From: Octopus sinensis
Taxonomy: Eukaryota
Direction: 5' to 3'
Length of the DNA: 64,000 bases
Assembly: GCF_006345805.1 (NCBI RefSeq)
Contig: NC_043021.1
Span: 27,466,001 to 27,530,000 of the forward strand
Part shown: piece by piece, positions 12,914 through 23,789 of the stretch
Position numbering within the stretch: the first letter of the stretch is position 1
Layout: each line of letters begins with the position of its first letter
Notes under the pieces: model-generated
Database searches by the model: none
Seen by the model: the letters and a program-made list of their open reading frames with translations, nothing else
Told to the model about the DNA's origin: nothing
Program-made: the position numbers and the translations under genes

Positions 12914-13294
12914 CTGTAATGTTTGATAGAGTTTAGAATCTATGAAATGAAAGCGAGGAACCAGATTTTCGACAGTTCGTATCCTCAGACTGACCGGCAC
13001 TGCACTGTTTCTATGATCAATAGATGTAATTGAAAATATTAATTCTCTTTTTGCTGTTTTATGGGAGGGTAATTATGCCAATGATAAACACACGCGCTGC
13101 TTATATTTCATTTCTTTATCATTTATTTATGAATTAGTTAACAATTTAACCACTTAACTAATCGATGATTCGATTAATCATATAGATATTCAATCAGTCA
13201 TTTCGTCGCCATTCATGACTTCTTCAAAGATATGTCCTCTCTATACCATGTATATATTTGCATATATTATATAATTTTTAAATTCATTTCACAC

Positions 13295-13351
13295 ATGGAA
13301 CTGCAGCCGTGCAAAAGTTGAATCGAACATCAAAAATATATTCGGCATTTC
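13295..13351 (-). CDS. Candidate 57-bp host exon (GNAEYIFDVRFNFCTAAVP)
   Basis: Good acceptor TTTTCTCCTCCAG|, weak donor GTGTGA; phase 1-1, compatible with the 12913 exon. Confidence 0.25.
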
Positions 13352-13832
13352 CTGGAGGAGAAAACACTTCGTGATTGGCTTAATTAAATTAGAATTATGG
13401 TTTCAAGCATATTGCTCATATCCTTTTTGACAACGTTACATTTTTCCCTCTTAAAATTTATTTCTGCTTCAAGAATTCATTATAAAAGTAACGGCAATAC
13501 ATATACATACTTAATTACATATATACATACACACATATGTATATGCATATGCACGCGCAAACACACACAGACACACGAATGTATGCATACACACACATAT
13601 ACACACACATGCCGTTTATGCTAATCTAACGGAAGCCTCAAAAGACATTTTAAGATCCCCCCAAATCAGAACTTAACTGCAGCTCTTGGTGGTCCAAAGC
13701 AAATACACAATCTATGTGGGAGTGTCTTTTCAATACATTGTCTGGTTTAAAAAGCCACGCCAGACGCCAAGATAAATCTAAGGTGTAGGCCACACGAGAT
13801 ACCCTGCATAGGAGTAGACAAATTATATATAT

Positions 13833-13913
<81 letters not shown>

Positions 13914-13949
13914 CATACATGTTGCGCCTCCACTATATATATCAACAAA

Positions 13950-14190
13950 AAAAATAAACGTTTCCTTCTCGAGCCATGCCAGGCTTATGAGGGCCAGTTC
14001 CCCGTTTTCAATTGGGTATATATTCCCCACCTGAAGGGGACGACGCAATTTTACCAGCTGAATGGATTGGAACAACACGAAATGAAGTGTTTTGCTCAAG
14101 AACACATCGTGTCGCCCGGCCCAGGAATCGAAATCACAATCTTACGATCATGTGTCCAACACCCTAACAACTAACTCACACGCCTCCACA
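13950..14190 (-). mobile_element. SINE family C
   Basis: TTGCTCAAGAACAC..CGCCCGGCCCAGGAATCGAA. Confidence 0.8.
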
Positions 14191-14278
14191 AACACAAACG
14201 CACTCACACATACATACACACATGAACACACATACATGCACACATATATTTACATACAAGCGTACATACATACATACC

Positions 14279-14320
<42 letters not shown>

Positions 14321-14384
14321 TAGATATATAGATAGATAGATAGATACATACATACATACATACATACATACATACATACATACA

Positions 14385-14418
<34 letters not shown>

Positions 14419-15077
14419 CATACATACATGTATATATGTGCATACACACATTCATACACACAGACGCACACATATAATTAAAAAGAAATTTTCCCTAGAA
14501 TGATAGGAAATGTAAATGTTAGGCAGATATTTGGCGTTCATAATGCGCAGCTCTGCGTTGTATTGTTCAATTGACATTGTATATACTTGAAAGATATATC
14601 GTTTAATAAAAGTGCAGGCGTGGGTAAGTTTAAGAGTGCCATACCGTAACCACGGGTTACCGGGTTCATTAGCGTTAACACCATCATTATAAACATTTAC
14701 TTAAGATATAAAGCTAGAATTGTTGGAAATAAATCCTTTTTAGTGCTTCTTTGTGTTCACGACAGCATTAAAGTGAAACTATAGACCTTGTGTAAACTCG
14801 ACGGTTTCCGGATTTAAAAAAAAATATGATGGGACTGTTTTCCTCAAAATGAATATTATTAAGGGATAAAAGTAAAATAGTTAACTCAAAGAGAAACGGT
14901 TAAATATTATAAAGCATGCATTGCAATTAAGGAAGATGGTTTCATCAAATATAATGATAAAATTCCTTATTTCTCTGTGGCGGTTCCATGGTCGAGTGAT
15001 TATCTCATCTGTTTAACACGCAGAGAAAAGCAAAATAAAAAACTCGGGAAAATCATAAGTGACATTTTTTAAGGTGC

Positions 15078-15242
15078 TGTGTGACTGTGTAGTTGGAAAG
15101 CTTGCAACGTCACTGCATAGACTTAGGTTCAGTCAAAGACCAGATGGGTTGCTCCTTGGCCAAATATCTTCTACTGTAACACCGGACACCAAAGATTTGC
15201 CAATGGATTTGGTAGACGGAAACTTAAAAGAATCCCGCGTAT
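15078..15242 (+). mobile_element. SINE family B head
   Basis: GGTTCAG..TTGGCCAAATATCTTCTACT..GGATTTGGTAGACGGAAAC. Confidence 0.7.
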
Positions 15243-15278
15243 ATATATATATATATATATAATATATATATATATATA

Positions 15279-15330
15279 TAGAGGGTATTCATAAAGTCTC
15301 TTTACAATTTAAAAAAATTATTACAAAGAC
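15279..15330 (+). mobile_element. Tc1/mariner-type TIR fragment in (TA)n
   Basis: TA-GAGGGTATTCATAAAGTCTCTTTACAATTT resembles Tc1/mariner termini; no partner end seen. Confidence 0.4.
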
Positions 15331-15344
15331 TATGCCAATAGTCT

Positions 15345-15657
15345 TGGAGACAAAAAGTTTGACTCGTAAAGCTAGCGGTGAACCTGTATTCATTCCTAGA
15401 ATTCCACTTATTCCCTCGGATATGCCTTTCCAGTACAAACGCCTGCATTTCTCTTGAAACTGAGCTTTGCAAAGAGCATTAACAAGGCCTAGGGGCAGTC
15501 TTTGAACTTAGTAGGTCTGAACCTTGTGGAACCAGGTTTCTCCCATGGCCAACTTTATGTGAGATGCTCAAGAGTCAGCAATCCTAACCATTTGTTTATT
15601 TATTCCCCACAAGGAAAGTCTGAAAATGCTGTTTTTCAAGAAGCTCTGCACACTTAA
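15345..15657 (+). pseudogene. Helitron Pif1-type helicase C-terminal remnant
   Basis: GEPVFIPRIPLIPSDMPF..LKLSFAKSINKA*GQSL..GFSHGQLYV.CSRV; one frameshift and one stop. Confidence 0.85.
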
Positions 15658-16139
15658 TAAGATTCACCAAATCGTCGGTTATTTATTATTTAACTGTACA
15701 TGCAAATTTAATTGTATGTCGACTGTAAAACTAAATGTCAGTCTGTTTCTACATTCATTGTAAATCTATTTCAACACTCTGCGTCCCTAGAGATAATATT
15801 CTCTGGGAACGCACAAAAGCCTTTTTTTAGAGTTATTTATTTTGAATTGTGAATATCTCACATCGGATTAGCCTGTTATTACGTAACATGCTTCACAATT
15901 TTTGTATGCGTACATTATTGGTATTTCCTTTTAAGTTCTATATACTCTGGGAACACATTAAAGCCCTTTTGGGGGCTACTTTATTTGAATTCTTACTATC
16001 GGATAACTAATTTCATGTTATTACGTAACTGACTTCACAATTTGGGTATTCATAACTTATTCGGAATTCCAAAAAACAAGATCCTATGTAAGACAGTTCG
16101 GTAGTCTCTGTAAATGCACAAAAACCGTTTTAAGTGCTC

Positions 16140-16290
16140 AGCTAGTCTTTATTTTATTGACTCCGGAAGTGAAGAAAGGTAATGTCGACCTCGGCGGAAT
16201 CTGAACATAAAGATGAGTTTAAGGATGAATTTAAGGATGGACGAAATATTGACAAGCATCTTCGTCCACCAAGCTAAAGATTCTGCCATA
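16140..16290 (-). mobile_element. SINE family A, degenerate
   Basis: GTCGACCTCGGCGGAATCTGAAC..GACGAAAT. Confidence 0.65.
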
Positions 16291-16419
16291 AGCACATCTT
16301 ATCTATGACAAAACTACGATGAATTGACTATTGAGGTTTTGAGGGTACTGGCTCAAAGTACTGGCTTATATGGCCATAATTGTGATTGGATAGTTCATAT
16401 GATCATCCATATTGCTTAC

Positions 16420-16489
16420 CTCAATAATGAATAATGACAATAAATGTTTGCAGTTGGAACAGCTTTGATGAAATGAAGCAAACGCTCAC
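16420..16489 (-). CDS. Candidate 70-bp host exon (GERLLHFIKAVPTANIYCHYSLL)
   Basis: Strong acceptor TTTTTCTTCTTTCTTTAG| and strong donor GAG|GTAAGC; only one open frame. Confidence 0.4.
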
Positions 16490-16808
16490 CTAAAGAAAGA
16501 AGAAAAACATGCAAGTGCGAGATAACGATTAAGAAGAGGCTGTGGCGACATTGATAATGCGTTTTCTACATTCAGACTAACAAGACAAAACAATAAAGAC
16601 ATCGAAGACAAATAGTGTCAACAGCAGCAATCGGTAAAAAATGCAGGAAATGTTAATTTCTGTATTCACAACCGGCTTCTACAGAAAATTCTATCCTTGT
16701 TGTTAAGGTAGACATCGATGCCGTTTTTACAAGCCAAATATTACTAGATTAGGAAAAAAAAGAGCAGATGTTTCATACAAGTAAACTTATTTGGTTTCGA
16801 AGAAAAAG

Positions 16809-16843
<35 letters not shown>

Positions 16844-17033
16844 GAGTGAGAGAGAGAGAGTTAGTGAGAGTGATAGAGAGTGAGAGAGAGGGAGAGAGAG
16901 AGAGAGAGAAACAGCGAGACAGTTTTCAGTATTTTTGTTTCATCTTGCTTTTTTTCTTGTCAGTAGATAGGAACGAAGAGTTGTGGAGAATTGTAAGGCA
17001 GCGGTGTGTATATGTATGTGTATAGTTGTATAT

Positions 17034-17064
<31 letters not shown>

Positions 17065-17635
17065 ATACATATATATATATATGTGTGTGCATGTGTGCGT
17101 ATGTGCATGTGTGCACGCTTAAATATGTATATACACTTGTGTGTACAAATACGCAATTATATATATATATATATATATATACGTCTATACCACCTGCCTT
17201 CGCATTTTGTTTGTTTGTGAATTCTCCCTATATATATATATGCATATATATATATATATATGCGCACATAGGCACACATTACTACTTACCTACCTACCTA
17301 CCTACCTACCTACCTACCTACCTACCTACCTACCTACCTACATACATACAAACATACATACATACTACATAGTACAAACATACATACATACATACATACG
17401 TACATACATACAAGTTACTCCACTAAGTAAATTTCATTACATGAATTTACAGCTTTTGTAAATATTCGGTGAATGGTTTGCATACATATGTTTTGTTAAA
17501 CAATCCTGAAGGAACTCACGTGAAAATTGGTTTTAGAGACATAGACAATTATGTGTAGAAATGCATAACTGCATACACATTTACACATGCAATCTCATAT
17601 ATAAACCATGTATATATATATATATATATATATTA

Positions 17636-17979
17636 CGGAGATGTACCTGCATAGCAAGTGATTTGATCTGATATCGTGTGCTGAATCGAAAACAATTGCA
17701 GCGTGGAATATGTTTGTAAGCCATTTAAGAAACACACAAAAGCCGTTCGATTCACTTCAACATTTAAGTTTAATTTGTCAAAATATTTTCGTCACTTTAA
17801 GATCGCGACCTGTTCACTGACAAAAATCAGATGCAGCACGGATTTTTGTCAGTGAACAGGTCGCGATCTTAAAGCGACGAAAATATTTTGACAAATTAAA
17901 CTTAAATGTTGAAGTGAATCGAACGGCTTTTGTGTGTTTCTTAAATGGCTTACAAACACCTTCCACGCTGCAATTGTTT
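17636..17979. mobile_element. Palindromic (fold-back) element with a hammerhead-shaped junction in each arm
   Basis: Arms about 17690-17828 and 17841-17979 are near-perfect inverted copies, flanked by (TA)n. Confidence 0.85.
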
Positions 17980-17991
17980 ATATATATATAT

Positions 17992-18212
17992 ATAGTTAAT
18001 CCAAACAAGAAAGCACAAAAAAAAACACAACAGCGCGAGGATGTGGAACAAATATAGTATTATTGGACGCTCAGGAAAGAAGGAAAGAAGGAGGGATATT
18101 ACGTTTCGAGCGGAGCTCTTCGTCGGAAACATCGGAGAAGGAAAGATCCAGAGAAGGGATGACAGAGGAAAAAAGTCGCCAACGGTACACACGAGGTCAC
18201 ATTTTGAAAGAC
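17992..18212 (-). mobile_element. Short HHR-bearing element (CCGACGA family), second copy
   Basis: Homologous to 7305-7498; HHR-like fold at 18095-18133 with a less regular stem I. Confidence 0.7.
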
Positions 18213-18453
18213 CGGATATATATATTATATATATATATATATAATATATATATGTTTGTATATAGTGTATATGTATGGATATGCATAATGACTACGTATA
18301 CTTACAATATCTCTATGTATAATAAATTTATTCAACGGAAGACTTGGTAGTAATATGTGTATAGTGGCGGCAATTACCTAAATACATATCTGAGCAACAC
18401 ACTCACACACAGAGACATACACATATATATATTCTCTCTCTCTATATATGTGT

Positions 18454-18488
<35 letters not shown>

Positions 18489-18508
18489 ATATATATATAA
18501 ATAAATAG

Positions 18509-18544
<36 letters not shown>

Positions 18545-18551
<7 letters not shown>

Positions 18552-20190
18552 TTACCCCACTAAAAACCCCAACCATAGACAATGAACTCTGGCTAGAATT
18601 GTGAAAAATAAAACCCAAATCCTTCATTCATGCTATGCCAAACCTATGGCCTCAAAATACTTGATCCACCGGAACTCAGCCATTGCGGACAATGCCAAAT
18701 TTAATATTTTGATGGCAGACCTCGTCAGAATAATGAGAAATGTGTCACGCATGTGCGAGCCTACAGAGTTAAAGAGACACATACAATATTTCATTCACCG
18801 CATTCAGTTCTCAGGTTACAGCCATAAAGAAAGGATCAGAGTATACAAAGGAGCCATGAGGAAATTTGATAATATATTATGTAATGATAAGAATGGGATT
18901 TGCCCACTCTATAGGAACAAGTCATGGAACACTATAGAAAGGACAAAAAAGAAAATAGGGTAGGCCAACTCTTGGTATGATAGCCATAAATACCAGAGTG
19001 TCATGTTCGTTGACACCACCCCTGAAGGTGAACTGGCGTACCACTTTAGAAGGACCCTAGACAAACTTAAGCTAAGGATTAAGGTTGTTGAAAAGCCAGG
19101 CAACCCTATCAAATCTATAATTGGTTGAACCTATCCTTTTAGTAGAACTCCCTGTACGGATAAGTACTGTACTGTATGTAGATTTAGCCCACAAACAAAC
19201 TGTAAAGCCAGAAATGTAGTCTATAGTATAAGATGTATAGAGGGACGATGCAGTAACAAGACAACGACATACGACATACGGCAAGAAGCATAGGAGAGAG
19301 GGTAAATGGGCATTGGAGACAACTCAAGGAAGGTAAAAGCTCATCGATTCTGACCAACACGCCGAACAGGAAACGGGGGATCTATCAACAACATAGAAAT
19401 TAAAATATTGTCCACACATAGATCAGATGCAGCAATTAGACAAATTACAGAAGCTATACACATAATAGAAAATAAACCTAGCCTGAATAGAAAACTAGAA
19501 TGGAACACTAGCACACACCACAACATATGACGGCAGAGGATCCCGAAAACATAATAAATACACAGACAAATAAACAAATAGAAATAAATAACTATATATT
19601 TTTTTATATGTATTTTTTCAATTTATTATTATTATTACTAGTATTATTGTTATACATACATACATACATACATACATACATACATACATACATACATACA
19701 TACATACATACAAGCATATGTAATGATAATAATAAGTGGATGTAAACACATGAACAAAATAAGAATAAACAAAAACAACAACAAAAACAAATTACATGAA
19801 CGAATATAAACAGAAGATACAAATATTACAGGCACCCCCCCACACACACACTAAATAAACATAGACACACATAGAGATATAAGCATGCGCAAATGAAGAC
19901 ATACAATAGAAATACAAAATGGCTGACGGTTAGTAAGGAGAGACAGAAATAAGAAAGAAGAAAACAAAGGACCACTGATGCGGTCACAGGAGTGTGACGA
20001 AAGAACTCTGGCCGAAATAAGATTAAGATTAATGTAAAAAATAAATAACACTGAAGCAAAATAACACCAAGTATATAGTGCGTGTGTTTTTATTGGCTAA
20101 ACTGGCAATATGACCATTCCGAAATATAACAATATCTGTTTCAACACGCGACTTCACATAAAAAATCTTGCACAACAAATATATAAACGT
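18545..20190 (+). mobile_element. 5'-truncated, decayed Penelope-like element (Naiad/Neptune-like): RT C-terminus, Cys-rich linker, GIY-YIG, 3' terminus with HHR
   Basis: YAKPMASKYLIHRNSA..FSGYS..PLYR; PCTDKYCTVC..NCKARNVVYSIRC; RQITEAIHI..LNRKLEWN; several stops. Confidence 0.75.
19970..20013 (+). ncRNA. Hammerhead with A9C core mutation
   Basis: GACCA-CUGAUGC-G-GUCACA/UGUGAC-GAAAG-AA-CUC-UGGCC; the 59321 copy has the intact CUGAUGA. Confidence 0.6.
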
Positions 20191-20234
20191 ACTATATATA
20201 TATATATATATATATACATACTTTCTTATGCACT

Positions 20235-20450
20235 TACACGTATATTCTCATATAGTTATTCTCTTATTTATTTCAGTCACTTGGCTACGGCCATGCTGGA
20301 GCACCGCCTTTAGTCAAACTAATCGACTCCAGGACTTATCCTTTGCAAGCCTACTACTTATTCTATCCGTTGCTTTTTACCGAACAGCTAACTTACAGGG
20401 ACATAAGCACCAACATCGGTTGTCAAACGATTGTGGAGGGACAAACACAC
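20235..20450 (-). mobile_element. SINE family B tail inside the inverted-repeat spacer
   Basis: TTTCAGTCA..GGCCATGCTGGAGCACCGCCTT. Confidence 0.8.
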
Positions 20451-20525
20451 ACAGACAAATACATACATACATACATACATACATACATACATACATACAT
20501 ACATACATACATACATACATACATA

Positions 20526-20562
<37 letters not shown>

Positions 20563-20593
20563 TATATATATATATAATATATATATATGTATA

Positions 20594-20874
20594 TTTAAAT
20601 ATTTGTTGTGCAGATTTTTTATGTGAAGTCGTGTGTTGAACAGATATTGTTATATTTCGGAATGGTCATATTGCCAGTTTAGCCAATAAAAACACACGCA
20701 CTATATATTTGGTGTTATTTTGCTTCAGTGATATTTATTTTTTACATTAATCTTAATCTTATTTCGGCCAAAGTTCTTTCGTCACACTCCTGTGACCGCA
20801 TCAGTGGTCCTTTGTTTTCTTCTCACTTACTTGTGTCTCTCCTTACTAACCGTCAGCCATTTTGTATTTCTATT
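20594..20874 (-). mobile_element. Inverted copy of the PLE 3' terminus (HHR at 20766-20809)
   Basis: Reverse complement of 19905-20187, with the same A9C variant. Confidence 0.85.
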
Positions 20875-20936
20875 ATATATATATTATATATATATGTATA
20901 TATATATGTATATATATATATATACATATATATATA

Positions 20937-22211
20937 CGAGGGGCGTTCAATAAGTAATGTCCCTGACCCACTTGCAGTTGTTTGATGTGCAATTATTTAT
21001 ATATCTATAGAGTAGGTGGCAAATTACAGCTCTGAACTAATTGAGGTTTCTGATTTACAGGTGTTTGAACTGAGTCAAGTGTGAAATGGAGCCTGTTGAG
21101 TGTCGAGCAGTGATCTGGTTTTTGTATTTGAAAGGACGCACACCACGGGAGACATTTGATGAAATGAAAGTAACTTATGGTGAGGATGCCCCATCATATG
21201 ACCTTGTAAAACGCTGGCATCGTGAATTCAAACATGGTCGGAACTCGGTGGAAACAGCTCCCAGATCTGGTCGCCCCCCTTCTGCAATTGATGAGGCATC
21301 TGTCCGTCAAGTTGAGGCTGCCATTTTGGAAGATCGATGCATAACTATTCGCCAAATAGCCCACGAGGTCAAGATTAGTACCGGGTCTGTGGAAACTATC
21401 ATTCATGACCATTTGCATATGCAAAAGGTGTCTGCCAGATGGATTCCCAGGTTGCTCACACCTTTCCAGAAGCAAGAACGCGTCGAGTGCTCGAGGATGA
21501 ATTTGGAGATGTGCCAAGAAGATGAGTCAAAATTTTTCAAAAGACTGATTACACAGGATGAAACCTGGGTCCATCACTATGATCCAGAGACCAAAGCCCA
21601 GTCAATGCAGTGGAAGCACCGTGACTCACCTCCTCCAAAGAAGGCAAGGGTGCAGCCCTCCGCTGGCAAGGTCATGCTCACAGTCTTCTGGGACCAGGAC
21701 GGAGTATTGATAACAGATTTCCTGGCAAAGGGTACCACAATTACAGGAGTCTATTATGCTTCACTTTTGAGGAAATTAAGAGAAACTATCAAAATCAAGA
21801 GGCGGGGCAAGATCAGCAAAGACATCCTCCTCTTGCATGACAACGCTCCAGTCCACAACTCGCTTGTCGCTAGATCAGAAGCACAGGCGTGCGGCTATGA
21901 ACTTCTCCCCCATCCCCCCTACTCTCCTGACCTTGCACACTCTGATTTTCACCTCTTCCCAGCCATGAAGTTGTTTTTGAAAGGAAAACGTTTCCCAGAT
22001 GATGCAGCCTTGATTTATGAAGTCACGTCGTGGTTGGAGGACCAAGCTGGGTCTTCTAAACAAAACGGTCTCCAGAGCAGTATAAAACGATGGGAGAAAT
22101 GCGTAACTCTGGGTGTTTCCTATGTAGAGAAAGACTAATAACTGTGCAAAGTTTCGTTGCTCTACTGCTATGGGAAGTGGGTCAGGGGCATTACTTATTG
22201 AACGCCCCTCG
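20937..22211 (+). mobile_element. Full-length mariner transposon (irritans-like), 1275 bp
   Basis: 37-bp TIRs CGAGGGGCGTTCAATAAGTAATGYCCCTGACCCACTT (1 mismatch), TA on both sides, inside (TA)n. Confidence 0.95.
21086..22138 (+). CDS. Mariner DD34D transposase, 350 aa
   Basis: RSGRP, WIPRLL, TQDETWVH, HDNAPVH, YSPDLAHSD; 34 residues between the second and third D. Confidence 0.95.
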   Translation: MEPVECRAVIWFLYLKGRTPRETFDEMKVTYGEDAPSYDLVKRWHREFKHGRNSVETAPRSGRPPSAIDEASVRQVEAAILEDRCITIRQIAHEVKISTGSVETIIHDHLHMQKVSARWIPRLLTPFQKQERVECSRMNLEMCQEDESKFFKRLITQDETWVHHYDPETKAQSMQWKHRDSPPPKKARVQPSAGKVMLTVFWDQDGVLITDFLAKGTTITGVYYASLLRKLRETIKIKRRGKISKDILLLHDNAPVHNSLVARSEAQACGYELLPHPPYSPDLAHSDFHLFPAMKLFLKGKRFPDDAALIYEVTSWLEDQAGSSKQNGLQSSIKRWEKCVTLGVSYVEKD

Positions 22212-22286
<75 letters not shown>

Positions 22287-22304
22287 ATATATATATATAT
22301 CTAT

Positions 22305-22687
22305 AATGAAAGAATGGAGTTGAACGACGAATTAACAAAATTCCTCCGTGTGGGCAGATCATCTAAAAGTTTTTGTGCATCTTGATGCAGACATAAGTTC
22401 CTTGTTTTTCCTGATGAGAAGGCGGCATAATACACCCCTAATTCCTTCGAAATTAGGAATATGCAGCCTTCGAAACATATGTCGAAAATAAAGGAATTTT
22501 GTTAATTCGTCGTTCAACTCCATTCTTTCATTTATTTGTATTTAAAAAAACACACAAATTTCCACACGAAAGCACGTGCTCTCTGCCCTAGGCATGTAGC
22601 TTCAACCGTGTTTTTCTGACGTGAATTTGCTACCCAGGTATCGGTTAACCGAATTATCCATAATAAGATAATTCATTCAACTACTCT

Positions 22688-22690
<3 letters not shown>
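22305..22690 (+). mobile_element. Non-autonomous element: hammerhead enclosed by a perfect 41-bp inverted repeat
   Basis: IR at 22305-22345 and 22492-22532; right tail related to 55790-55870; flanked by (TA)n. Confidence 0.75.
22406..22488 (+). ncRNA. Type-I hammerhead ribozyme, fully canonical
   Basis: UUUUC-CUGAUGA-GAAGGC..GCCUUC-GAAAC-AUAU-GUC-GAAAA; predicted cleavage after 22483. Confidence 0.85.
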
Positions 22691-22757
<67 letters not shown>

Positions 22758-22784
22758 TACGTATATAGACGACTATACTTTCTT

Positions 22785-22862
22785 TCAGTTTCCGTCCACC
22801 AAATCCACTGACAACTCTTTGGTTGGTCCGAGGTTATAGTAGAAGACACTTGCCCAAGCTGG
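22785..22862 (-). mobile_element. SINE family B head fragment
   Basis: TTCAGTTTCCGTCCACCAAATCCACT..GAAGACACTTGCCCAAG. Confidence 0.75.
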
Positions 22863-23144
22863 CATATTTATATATGTCTGTATATATTCATAAACATACA
22901 CGTATATACATATATATACATATATATGTATTACATATAAGTGTGTGTGTGTGTGTTCTTTATTCCATACCTGAAACGATGTAAAGAGCATTGTCACGAG
23001 CGAGGTATAGCAACATGTGATGGCGTGATACACACACGCAAGCGTGCACACACATACACACACAGAGGTATATATACGTGTTTTGGTTTGTCTGTGTTTA
23101 TATATATATATATATATATATATACTAAAAATGAGGACTGCTGG

Positions 23145-23290
23145 CATATGAGACCACCCCGGGTTTCCCGTCCATTAAGTGTTTAGCTTTATGGCGTATC
23201 CTGAGACCCTACAACCTGTTGGTTTTGTAGTCTGACGATACATCATAAAGCTAAAACATTTACGGACGGAAACCCGGAGTGATCCCATAA
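23145..23290. repeat. Imperfect fold-back element of about 145 bp
   Basis: ATGAGACCACCCCGGGTTTCCCGTCC.. / ..GGACGGAAACCCGGAGTGATCCCAT arms. Confidence 0.7.
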
Positions 23291-23361
23291 ACCGGCCTTG
23301 GTCCTTTTTAATATACACTGCTCTACATCTTAGCGCTTCGTCTTCGGATTTATGCTGTCTA

Positions 23362-23770
23362 CAAACTATATATATATATATAGATTATAACAGCTTTTTT
23401 CAAGTTGATGGTGAAGCTAAAATCATCAGAAGCTGAGTCAAATGCAGATACAAGAAATTGCAGGCCTGTTTCAGAATGAATGACTAGACCGCAATCGTCA
23501 GCGTATAAGAGGTCCCTAATGATTGAATTAAAGACCTTCGTTTTGAATTTCAGTCTGGTCAAGTTAAAAAACATTCTCTGTTGTTCGATGTTTTATTTAA
23601 ATACCCTCCTCAGAGTTTTGAAAAGGGTGTGACAACACAACAGTACAGTATATTGCAAAGAGTGTAGGTGCATCAAAGTCTCCTTGCTTTACTCCATTTT
23701 CTATGGCAAAAGATTCGGAGAGCCTACCACAAAAATGAACTCTAGCTTTCATATCTTTCAGAAAAACAAA
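23362..23770 (-). pseudogene. RTE-clade LINE RT fragment (domains 4-5)
   Basis: DMKARVHFCGRLSESFAIENGVKQG..APTLFAIY; IIRDLLYADD. Confidence 0.85.
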
Positions 23771-23789
23771 ACTTAGGCAATACACTTCT

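Noticed and set aside
19122-19130. In-frame TGA in the PLE linker as possible selenocysteine
   Set aside because: It is not at a Cys-motif position and the element has other stops, so it is simple decay.
23420-23470. Minus-strand CTGATGA
   Set aside because: Inside the RTE RT coding remnant; no hammerhead stems.
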